Part shown: positions 47,901 through 55,421 of the stretch, piece after piece | Layout of the letters: each line of letters opens with the position of its first letter | Position numbering within the stretch: position 1 is the stretch's first letter | Source of the DNA: Thermoplasmata archaeon | GTDB taxonomy: Archaea; Thermoplasmatota; Thermoplasmata; Lutacidiplasmatales; UBA184 | Length of the DNA stretch: 60,680 nt | Assembly: GCA_028864975.1 (NCBI GenBank) | Contig: JAGWLG010000020.1 | Coordinates: 1-60,680, forward strand | Direction: 5' to 3' | Program-made: the position numbers and the translations under genes | Notes under the pieces: generated by a model | What the model was told of the DNA's origin: nothing | The model's input: only the letters and a program-made list of their open reading frames with translations | The model's database searches: none

Positions 47901-48468
47901 CCCCTCGGGGGAGGAGGAGGGGCTGAGGCTGGCGCTCCAACGAGAGACCACTCCGCTACTCCCCGTGGGGGCGCCGCGCGACCAGCTCGTTGAGGCCCTG
48001 ATGTCGGACCTCAAGTGGACGTTCCAACAGGATGCGGGAACCCCGGGGGGGCCACCGCTCCGGGAAGAGCCCTTCCTCCTGCTGGTGGACAACACCGTGC
48101 TCCGCGGTCGGGCCGACGCCCTGTTCCTGGGGGAGGGGATCCCGATGGTCGAAGACTACAAGTTCGGCCCCAGCGACCCGGGCGGGGCCCGACGACAAGC
48201 GGGGGACTTCGACTTCCAGCTCGCTTGCTATGCGCTGGCCGTGCGCCGCGGACGTCGGCCCGTCCATGTTCGCCTCACCTTCCCCCGGGCCCGGACTGCG
48301 GCGGTGCGAGAGCTCTCGCCGCTGGAGCTGGACGAGTTCCACGCCTCCCTCCGCGAGCTGGTCGCCAAGGCCCTGCGGGTCATCGATGGCGAGGTGGCTC
48401 CGTCTCCGTGCTCGAACCCTGCCTGCCCGACCTGCTCGCAAAACGCTCGGAGCGAAGCCGCAGGCTAG
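44968..48468 (+). CDS. AddA-like UvrD-family helicase-nuclease
   Basis: ASAGTGKT, STIHAFC..LL, VDEFQD, VGDPKQSIYAFRGA, TVHAAKGLEF, LYVAVTRA; nuclease GRADAL, EDYKF, FQLACY. Start set at ATG 44968. Confidence 0.9.
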   Translation: MSGPAPPSGHPRPRSVLVPAPESAPPPAPAVPLPPPPPPPPPPGQFPPPPPPPPDHDPQVLVVDLTSDVLLTASAGTGKTHALVGRFLAAISDPREPGGHPAAQVPTTVAITFNIAAAAEMRKRVERAMRHTATEGSTGSAQRRSWEKVLDVLDAARISTIHAFCASLLREHPLEARTIAGVTPGFEILDGPEAAVRWDEAVRATWVRLQRERGELWDSYLDLSSEFGGRELATALRELQEHRFLVTPSSLRTRPPANAPAPARPFPATFLPRLADLWEQVQREYAQLKRERGALDFDDLEETALLLVSDPDMGDRIRAGIRHLLVDEFQDVSPRQLRLLLLLRGREPPGRRALFAVGDPKQSIYAFRGARGALRELRTALPGLKQARLERTRRFRDPLASFVNHLSSSLLPSEAIDGPYTPILPADPLAATAPSPTGVEVVWLEGRARATPSIPRDEVRRQLESKFIDPTLPGPVASEESLERSEAAFIATWVEEVLRQGRRVGSWRPGDGKEDHALAPGDIAVLLSYRRHQEEYVAALRARGLKVVTHPGAGFHDRPEVLDVLNLLAVLAREGDEVALYALLRSPIFGCSDEEIATWFLPFSTTPPLSDALARRARDEPSSRAAEVSGCLERWRARRSNSAPSELLRDILEEVGAWGVWADDGRGGRAVANIEKLLDIVRGLPGAGVVGLSAIHQHLLELSERERDEPEAGVELARDAINVMTVHAAKGLEFPVVIVPGLQRQWTRPGGPLLVSLTGEVALAPRDASDEVDSPETGEKDELLAAYERVKGDLARDEEHEARRLLYVAVTRAREQILLTCVQRRSSSGVPLSSTREPWRRWVDEAFHLDTGVLPLATPEGWRLLRRPAPTVPEVEPTAGAGAGPTSTSGEPVPLALLPPGRLLRGGGRATFTISELDQMRQCEARWWDARSSPLEEGPQDLSEGQARPSATTLGARSSAAIDPARLGSMLHGILAEVPSGEEEGLRLALQRETTPLLPVGAPRDQLVEALMSDLKWTFQQDAGTPGGPPLREEPFLLLVDNTVLRGRADALFLGEGIPMVEDYKFGPSDPGGARRQAGDFDFQLACYALAVRRGRRPVHVRLTFPRARTAAVRELSPLELDEFHASLRELVAKALRVIDGEVAPSPCSNPACPTCSQNARSEAAG

Positions 48469-49157
48469 CCTGAGACGATCCCGGAATCCGTCAGGCGGAA
48501 GGTCGCGATGCCCCCATCGGGCACCGAGCGATGCTTCAGGAGCACAGCCCGACGCCAGCCCTCTCGGGCGCGCTCCAACCGCACGATCGTCTTCGCCACG
48601 TGATTGAGGAAGGAGCCACCGATGGGTTCGAACTGCCGTGTCTCGACGTCACGCCAGACCTGGTTCGTGATCAGGATGGGGATCGAGCAGTCGAGCCCTG
48701 CGTGAAGAAGGTCCGCCATCTGCGCCGAGAGGGATTGTCGGGCGGCGCCTTCCTCGTCGGTCCCCATCTGGAGACGGTAGAGAAGCGTCGCGGAGTCGAC
48801 GACCACGAGCCCGATCCGTTTCTCCTTCTCCACGGCCAGCGCCGAGGCCCGCTCCACCGCCCGTTCCTGTTCCTCGAGCGTCTTCGGGGAAGTGAGGAGG
48901 AGGCGACGGACCACGTGGGAGAGGTCCCCTCCTTGGCCCTGCGCGATCTGCGCGAGACGGTCGAGCGAGAGACCTTCGGTGTCCACGTAGACGACCCACC
49001 GGTCCGAGAGCGCGACGCGGGCGGTCAACCACAGGCACAGGTTGGACTTCCCGGTCCCCCCTTCGCCGAACAGCTCGGTGATGGCACCCTCCTCGAGACC
49101 CCCGCGAAGTAAGGCATCCAGCGACCGGATGCCCGTGGGAAGACGACCCTCTGCCAC
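48465..49157 (-). CDS. radB: DNA repair and recombination protein RadB
   Basis: Short RecA-fold protein with no N-terminal domain: PTG..SLD.LL.GG, GEGGTGKS, YVDTEG, VVDSAT..YR, ITNQV, basic patch KHRS. Confidence 0.93.
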   Translation of the reverse strand: MAEGRLPTGIRSLDALLRGGLEEGAITELFGEGGTGKSNLCLWLTARVALSDRWVVYVDTEGLSLDRLAQIAQGQGGDLSHVVRRLLLTSPKTLEEQERAVERASALAVEKEKRIGLVVVDSATLLYRLQMGTDEEGAARQSLSAQMADLLHAGLDCSIPILITNQVWRDVETRQFEPIGGSFLNHVAKTIVRLERAREGWRRAVLLKHRSVPDGGIATFRLTDSGIVSG

Positions 49158-49247
49158 CGGCGCGTGGGACGCGACGTGGGCGATAAGGGCGACGTCGGGA
49201 GGCCTTGCCCCGGAGTCGGCCCGGTCCGAGTAGTTGCTCGAGCGAGG

Positions 49248-52200
49248 CTACCGTCTCCCGCCGAACGGGTCGGGAGCAACCTCATCGATTGGTCGGTCCG
49301 GGGACGGAGCCTTCTTCGCCGGGGGCGGCGAAAAGGCGGAGGCCGGAGGGGGAGCAGCCGCGGTCCAGGGCGCCGGTGTCGGTTCGATCGGGGCATCGAC
49401 CGGTAGTGTGGTGGGGGCGGCGGGTGGTGGGGCGGCCACCGGGCGAGGTGCGCCGTACCCTGGAGGTGGGGCCCCTGGAGCCACTCCGGGGCCTGCCCCT
49501 CCTCCCGCCATCATCGGCGTCGGGGCATAGGCAGCATCCCAGCTCCCCTCCGGGGACTGCCCGCCGGCAGGAGGAGCACGCCGTCGGCGGCCGGAGACGA
49601 TCGCCGCGACCACGGCGACGGCGAGCAACACGAAGAGGACGAGGAGCACCCAGAGCGGCATGGGGCCTACCATCGAGCCGAAGAACCCTGGTCCGGTGCT
49701 ACTGGGGGACCCAGCGGAGTTCACGACAAGGGAGATCGAGGTCGAGAAGGTGTGGCCGGCGTTGTCGTCCACGGTCAACGCGACCGTGAACGTTCCCGAT
49801 GCGGCGTAGGTGTGGGTGGGGCTCGCCCCCGTTCCCGTTACCCCGTCCCCGAAGCTCCAGCTGTAGACGTAGGGGGCGGTCCCTCCGGAGGCCCCCGCGG
49901 TAAAGGTGACGAGCTGCCCCGCTGTGGCGGGACTCGGGGAGGCCGAAGGCGTCGCGGTCAGCGTCCCCTGCCCGGTGGACTGAACGGTCACCGCCGGGGT
50001 GGAGGCGCTGGTGGAACCGGACGCGGTGTCCGTGACCGCGACGCTCGGGTGGAAGGTCCCCGCGGTGCTGAAGGTATGCTGAGGGCTCGCTCCGGTACCG
50101 CTGTTGCCGTCACCGAAGGTCCAGGCGTAGCTGTAGGCGGGGGTTCCTCCTGAGCACGAGGCCGAGAACGAGACGGCGAGGGGCGCCGACCCTGTGGTCG
50201 GCGTCGCGGTCGCGGTGCAGGTCAGTGGGCCGCTGACAGGGCTCACGCTCAGCGAGGCGGAAGACGCGGTCGCGGAGAGGCCGTTCTTGTCCGTGAAGCT
50301 CACGGACACCGTGTAGGTCCCCGAGGCCGTGGGCGTGCAGGAGTAGGTCGCTCCCGAGGATGCCGTGCATCCGAGGCTCGACGAGGAGGGGGTCCAGGCA
50401 TAGGACCCAGGTCCCGACCCCGTGCTCGTCGGGCTCTCCGTGAAGAGGACCGCCTGGCCCACCTGGGGGCTCGCCGGCGAGGGGGTTGGGGCGGTCAGGG
50501 CCGGCCGAGGGCTGACCACGTAGGATGCCGAGGCCGTGCTGCCGGTCCCCCCGTTCGAATCGGTGACCTTGAGGGTCACGACGTAGCTCCCAGCGGAAGT
50601 GGGGGAGCAGGTGACCGAGAGGGTCGTGCTGGCGCCGCAACCGAGCCCCGAGGCCGGGGCGGTGCTCCAACCGTACGACGGGCTGCCCGAGCCCGCCGAG
50701 GTCAGCGTCGAAGAGAACGTGACCGACTGGGACACATCCACCGACGCCACCCCGGGGGTCGGCACCGACACCGAGGGGACGGGAGAGACCGTGTACGAGG
50801 CGAGGCTCGCGCTTCCGGAGTTCCCGGCAGAGTCGGTGACAGTGACCGCGACGGAGTAGGTCGCCGCGACCGTGGGGGTGCAGGAGACCGAGCTGGACGT
50901 GGAGGAGGCACAGCCAAGCCCGCTCGCCGGCGAGTAGGTCCACGCAAAGACGTACCCGGTCCCCGAGCCTCCGGAGGGGCTCGTGGTGAAGCTGACCAGC
51001 TGCCCGGTGTCGACGGACGAGGGAGAGGGCGAGGGGGTGGTCACGCTGGGGTTCCCACCGGTCACCGTGATCGTGAAGGACGTGTTGGACCCCCATCCAC
51101 CATTGGAGTCCTTCACCATGGCGGTGGCCGCGTAGGCGCCGGCCGCGGATGGCGTGCAGCTCATCGTCGTCGTCGTGGAGGCCGTGCACCCGAGGCCGGT
51201 CGCAGGGGAGGTGGACCACGAGTAGGTGTCGCCCCCAGAACCCGGGAGCCCGGCGGACGTGGTGATCGTGAGGGAGCTACCCACGGCGACCGGGTTGGGT
51301 GATGCCGTGGGGATGGCCACCGTCGGGTCCGCGAAAACGGTGAAGGGGCTCGAGGTGGCCGAGGCGGTCGCGCCCAGACTGTCGGTGACCGTGACCGACA
51401 CGGAGTAGATGCTGGAGGCTGTCGGCGAGCAACTGACCGTGCTCGTGGTGGAGGGGACGCACCCCAAGCCCGTCGCCGGGACGGTGCTCCAAGCGAAGGA
51501 GGAATAGGTCCCGCTCCCCCCGGAGGCGGTGGTCGAGAAGGTGACGCTGCCCCCCGCGTCGGCGCTGGATACGTTTCCCGTTGGGGCGGTGGTCGAGAGC
51601 CCGCCTCCCGATCCACCAACGGTGAAGCTGTAGGCCGTGACGTTCTCGCCCCGCTGGTCGGTCTGGGTATTGCTGAGGGGGGTCCAGGCGGTGCCGAAGA
51701 AGCTCCCCTGGGCGGAGGCGACGGCGTTCACGTAGAACGAGAGCGTCCCCGTCGCGGTCGGGGTCCAGGCGACGACCAGCTGGTAGGTTGTCGAGCCCGG
51801 CCAACCGGTCGCTCCGGCCGTGATGATCGGGTAGGTCGTGGTCGTCGTGCAGAGGCCGTAGCACCCCGCGAGGGTCGACCCGGTCCCGGTCACCACCGGG
51901 GCGTTCGGCGTCGTATGGCTCACTACGCTGAGCTCGGAGAGCGCGGGGTTCGACGGGAAGGAGAGAGAGACGTTCTCCCCGCTCGCCGCGACGCTCGCCG
52001 AGTTGGAGACGTTGATGAAGATGTTCTCGGTCCCCCCGGCGGAGATCGAGGCCTTGTACCCGACGTTCACGATGGTCGGCGCCGGGTTCGCCGGGAGGAC
52101 GGGCGCGGCCGTCAAGGACTGGACGATGCAGTCGTTGGCCGAGTTCGACCACTCAGGCTGGAGGAAGAACCCGTGTCCTCCCTGGACGAAGTCCACCTGG

Positions 52201-53222
52201 TCCTGGTAGACCGTGGACCCCGCCGGCCAGACCCAGGCGCAGATGTCCCCAATCTCCCAGCCGCTGGCTGACCGCCAACCGCCCGCTCCCGGGTCCGTGA
52301 TGCTCTCCATGAACTCGTGGGAAGTTACGCTGAGCTCCCAGTCCGCGGTCTGGTCCCCGCTCGGACCGTAGGGGTAGACCGAGTCCGCCCAGGCCGAGCA
52401 GTTGTTGATCTGCTCCGCGACGTCGGGCATCATCGCGTAAGGGGTTCCGCTGCTGAGCTCCCCGTGGTAGGCGCAGTAGCTCGTGAAGGTGCACGAGCCC
52501 CCGTTGCACTCCCAGACATGTAGGGGCGTGAACATGAAGTACTGAACGTTCGCGCCCGTCGGCAGACCCTTCGAGGAGATCACGCTGTTGATCTGCGACT
52601 GGATCTGAGCGTCCGAGAGCGGGTTCGCTTGTCCGCATCCCCCGCAAGGGTAGGCGTTCGTGTCGATGATCGCCTCCTTGAACGTGACGGTCTTGCCAGG
52701 AGCACCGCTGCCATCGGTGTACTGCTGGGCGATGTCGATCCACGCGCTGTTCGAGGTGTTGAGGAAGAACGCCTCGATCGTGTGGATGTAGGCTGCCGTG
52801 GTCGGACTGAGCGCACTCGGGTCGTGCGAGGCGTCGTCGAACCCGTAGCCCTTCGGGTCCCAGAAGATGGCGTAGACCGAAGGGTTGTGCATCACCGCGC
52901 CGCCTCCATAGCTGAGGGGGCCACAGCCGGTCTGGGGATTGCAGGTCTGAGAGGGTAGCGCCGGGATCGCGGCCCGGGGGGGGTTGAGGGTGGCCGTTCG
53001 GGAGGGGAAGAAGTGGGTCCCGGGGGCCGCGGGAACCCCCCGCCCAGCGGGGGAAATCGCAACGTTCCCCGACGGGTGCGGCAACGCCTGCACGGTCGAC
53101 GGAGCGAGGACCGCGTGGTCGACCCCCGGCGAAGAGACCATCAGGAACGCTATCCCGAGGCCGACGAGGGCGAAGCTGGCGAGGGTCAGCGCGCGCCGTT
53201 GGTCACGTGGCCTTGCGTCCAT
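49248..53222 (-). CDS. Large surface protein: EXORDIUM/Phi-1-like N-terminal domain, Cys-stapled Ig-like and PKD repeats, TM anchor
   Basis: From ATG 53222: signal anchor; LSYGGG.VM.NP..Y.IFW, YCAYHG, SHEFMESITDP, GWEIGDIC; about five GLGC...SC.PT repeats; two PKD domains; TM helix, RRRR and Pro tail. Confidence 0.8.
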   Translation of the reverse strand: MDARPRDQRRALTLASFALVGLGIAFLMVSSPGVDHAVLAPSTVQALPHPSGNVAISPAGRGVPAAPGTHFFPSRTATLNPPRAAIPALPSQTCNPQTGCGPLSYGGGAVMHNPSVYAIFWDPKGYGFDDASHDPSALSPTTAAYIHTIEAFFLNTSNSAWIDIAQQYTDGSGAPGKTVTFKEAIIDTNAYPCGGCGQANPLSDAQIQSQINSVISSKGLPTGANVQYFMFTPLHVWECNGGSCTFTSYCAYHGELSSGTPYAMMPDVAEQINNCSAWADSVYPYGPSGDQTADWELSVTSHEFMESITDPGAGGWRSASGWEIGDICAWVWPAGSTVYQDQVDFVQGGHGFFLQPEWSNSANDCIVQSLTAAPVLPANPAPTIVNVGYKASISAGGTENIFINVSNSASVAASGENVSLSFPSNPALSELSVVSHTTPNAPVVTGTGSTLAGCYGLCTTTTTYPIITAGATGWPGSTTYQLVVAWTPTATGTLSFYVNAVASAQGSFFGTAWTPLSNTQTDQRGENVTAYSFTVGGSGGGLSTTAPTGNVSSADAGGSVTFSTTASGGSGTYSSFAWSTVPATGLGCVPSTTSTVSCSPTASSIYSVSVTVTDSLGATASATSSPFTVFADPTVAIPTASPNPVAVGSSLTITTSAGLPGSGGDTYSWSTSPATGLGCTASTTTTMSCTPSAAGAYAATAMVKDSNGGWGSNTSFTITVTGGNPSVTTPSPSPSSVDTGQLVSFTTSPSGGSGTGYVFAWTYSPASGLGCASSTSSSVSCTPTVAATYSVAVTVTDSAGNSGSASLASYTVSPVPSVSVPTPGVASVDVSQSVTFSSTLTSAGSGSPSYGWSTAPASGLGCGASTTLSVTCSPTSAGSYVVTLKVTDSNGGTGSTASASYVVSPRPALTAPTPSPASPQVGQAVLFTESPTSTGSGPGSYAWTPSSSSLGCTASSGATYSCTPTASGTYTVSVSFTDKNGLSATASSASLSVSPVSGPLTCTATATPTTGSAPLAVSFSASCSGGTPAYSYAWTFGDGNSGTGASPQHTFSTAGTFHPSVAVTDTASGSTSASTPAVTVQSTGQGTLTATPSASPSPATAGQLVTFTAGASGGTAPYVYSWSFGDGVTGTGASPTHTYAASGTFTVALTVDDNAGHTFSTSISLVVNSAGSPSSTGPGFFGSMVGPMPLWVLLVLFVLLAVAVVAAIVSGRRRRAPPAGGQSPEGSWDAAYAPTPMMAGGGAGPGVAPGAPPPGYGAPRPVAAPPPAAPTTLPVDAPIEPTPAPWTAAAPPPASAFSPPPAKKAPSPDRPIDEVAPDPFGGRR

Positions 53223-53389
53223 GGGATCCGATCCGAGGGGAGCTGTGTCGAACCGTGGTACGCCCACGATAAGCGTTTCGAAAGTGGGTACGCTGACGAA
53301 GAAGCAGGTGTATAGCCGCCTACGAGGCGGAGCGAGGGGCGGGAGCGACCACGGACGAGGGTCGCGGCCGGTGCGCCGAACACTACGGT

Positions 53390-53524
53390 TCAGCGCGCTT
53401 TGAGGACCTTCTTGACGTTGGGGTGTTCCTTGTAGAAGATCTTCCCGCCGCAGTTGTCGCAGCGGACCCCGAACAGGTTCGCGTCCGAGGGGAGCGGCTC
53501 GTGGCAGCGGATGCAGCGGAACAT
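53390..53524 (-). CDS. rpoP: DNA-directed RNA polymerase subunit P (Rpo12)
   Basis: Not in ORF track. Manual translation: MFRCIRCHEPLPSDANLFGVRCDNCGGKIFYKEHPNVKKVLKAR. Zinc ribbon in its canonical position after rpl37ae. Confidence 0.92.
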   Translation of the reverse strand: MFRCIRCHEPLPSDANLFGVRCDNCGGKIFYKEHPNVKKVLKAR

Positions 53525-53532
53525 GGGACCCT

Positions 53533-53850
53533 CTACGGCGACGCGGCGCCCTTAACCTTTCCCTTGCCACCGGTCGCCGAGGCCGAGGAGGGCAGAGCGC
53601 TCTCCTCCTCGACACGGAAGATGGAGGGCGCGGGACGGAACGCGTAAGCGTCCGAGGCGAAGGTCCGCTCGCAGCGAGAGCAGCGCCAGAGCCCCGAGCC
53701 GATCCGGCGGACGGAGACCGTCGAGCACTTGGGGCAGCTGTAGGTCGCGATGCGGCCCCGTTCCACTTCCTGCGTGCGTCGCCGGATGCGGATGCCGTAG
53801 CGCGGACCCATCCAGCCGGTGATCCCGACCTTCTTCGTCCGCTTCGACAT
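53533..53850 (-). CDS. rpl37ae: 50S ribosomal protein L37Ae (eL43)
   Basis: KRTKKVGI.G..G.RYG, CPKC, GLWRCSRC zinc finger. Confidence 0.95.
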   Translation of the reverse strand: MSKRTKKVGITGWMGPRYGIRIRRRTQEVERGRIATYSCPKCSTVSVRRIGSGLWRCSRCERTFASDAYAFRPAPSIFRVEEESALPSSASATGGKGKVKGAASP

Positions 53851-53877
53851 GGCCTCCCCCCGCCCCCGTTCCCGTTC

Positions 53878-54657
53878 TTAGAGCTTGCGGATGATCTCTC
53901 TCAAGCGGTCACCGTGCGCAAAGGCCCGGTCCACGAGATCGGTCACGTCCTGGGGAGAGAACGCCCCGACCTTCCCCTTCTGCATGGCGACGACGTTGCC
54001 GACCTCGTCCGTCGCGATGGTGAGGCGGCCCTGGCAGGCGACCTCCTCCTCGCGCGTCGGGTCGACCACGATCGCATCGCCGAGACGGACGAAGGTGGAC
54101 TCGATCGGCACGTGCTTGGGGTTGAGCGCCCGGTCCTCTCCCACTTCGAACTTCTTCGACGGCACGTTCGTATGGGTGAGTGCCGCAGAAGCGGCGAGCA
54201 TGGCCGTGTCGATCAGGTTCCCCCCGTGGTCCAGCACGTGGCAGTCGACGTAGAGGACCCAGGCCTTCTCCCCGGGCGTGATGCACAGGCTCGCCAGGTC
54301 CACCATGTCCGCCGCGCGGATCGCGCGGTCCACGACCCGGGACGTCTCGATCGCTTCGACCGTGGGAGGTCCCGGCTCGAACATCGGGGAGGAGAGCGGG
54401 ACCAGCTCCGCGTTCGTCGTGAGGACGCCCGCGTTGGGGGTGTCGGGGAAGGGTTTGCCGACCTCCACTTTGATCCCCGAGAGCACCTTCGTGTTCCCGA
54501 TCTGCGCGAGCGCACTGCCGTCGGCGCTGGCGACGTAGCCCAGCTGGACCTTCACGGGGCGCATCTCGTCGAGCGCCCGCCCATCGAGCCGGTTCCCCTT
54601 CTTGGCGAGGTCCAGCACGTGGGTGGTCATGATCTCGGCGGCGACCTCCCCGCTCAT
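53878..54657 (-). CDS. rrp42: Exosome complex component Rrp42
   Basis: RLDGR..DE.R, ADGSA, PFPDTP..G, FEPGPP...IE.SRVVDRAIR, LCI.PGEKAW. Confidence 0.96.
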   Translation of the reverse strand: MSGEVAAEIMTTHVLDLAKKGNRLDGRALDEMRPVKVQLGYVASADGSALAQIGNTKVLSGIKVEVGKPFPDTPNAGVLTTNAELVPLSSPMFEPGPPTVEAIETSRVVDRAIRAADMVDLASLCITPGEKAWVLYVDCHVLDHGGNLIDTAMLAASAALTHTNVPSKKFEVGEDRALNPKHVPIESTFVRLGDAIVVDPTREEEVACQGRLTIATDEVGNVVAMQKGKVGAFSPQDVTDLVDRAFAHGDRLREIIRKL

Positions 54658-55421
54658 GCCGGCACCTCCGGAACGGCGGCGGCGGCCGGGGTGCTCACCG
54701 CGTAGCGGTCGCGCAACGCCTGCTTCTGCACCTCGTAGATCTTCTTGCAGCCGATGACGCCCAGGTCGAGCGCTTTCTTCAGCTCGTCCCGGTTCATGTG
54801 GCCCTCCATCTGCAGCAGCACGAGCCGGCCGCTGCGGGGGACCATCGCCATGGGGAGGTCCGCCTCTCCATAGTTGTCCTCCTCCTTCTTGAGGTCAAGG
54901 ACGACGGTGTTGGCCACCTTGCCCACGGCGACCGCCGGGACCAGGTCGACCATCGGGATACCGGCGTCGGCGAGCGCGACGGAGGCCGCGACAACGCCTG
55001 CGCACCGCGTCCCCGCGTTCGCCTGGAGGACCTCGATGTAGATGTCGATGGACGTCCGGGGGAACTCCTCGACGAAGAGGACCGACTCGAACGCCTCGGC
55101 GATCACCTTGCTGATCTCCTGCGAACGGCGGTCGAGGCCGGGGCGCTTCCGCTCATCGACGGAGAAGGCCGCCATGTTGTAGCGGCACTGGACCACGGCC
55201 TTCGTGGTCTGCTGAAGGTGGCGCGGGTGGACCTCGCGAGGCCCGTAGACCGCGGCCATGACCTTGTTGTCGCCCCATTCGACGAACGCGCTCCCGTCGG
55301 CCTGCGCTAGCGGCCCCGCCTCGATACGAAGCGGTCGCAGGTCCTCGAGCCCCCGGCCGTCGATGCGGCGACCGTTGGCGTCCAGGAGCTGCGGGACATC
55401 CTTGGCTCCGATGCTACCCAT
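54654..55421 (-). CDS. rrp41: Exosome complex exonuclease Rrp41
   Basis: RIDGR, ADGSA..EWG, GPREVHPRH, RYNMA.FSV.ERKRPG..RRS.EISK, VLQANAGTR, DL.KEEDNYG.AD. Start set at ATG 55421. Confidence 0.96.
   Translation of the reverse strand: MGSIGAKDVPQLLDANGRRIDGRGLEDLRPLRIEAGPLAQADGSAFVEWGDNKVMAAVYGPREVHPRHLQQTTKAVVQCRYNMAAFSVDERKRPGLDRRSQEISKVIAEAFESVLFVEEFPRTSIDIYIEVLQANAGTRCAGVVAASVALADAGIPMVDLVPAVAVGKVANTVVLDLKKEEDNYGEADLPMAMVPRSGRLVLLQMEGHMNRDELKKALDLGVIGCKKIYEVQKQALRDRYAVSTPAAAAVPEVPA

Noticed and set aside
41717-48468. Cas4/CRISPR or dedicated anti-phage system
   Set aside because: The PD-(D/E)XK domains are fused to UvrD-like bodies in the AddB-AddA order, and no defence-island neighbours are present.
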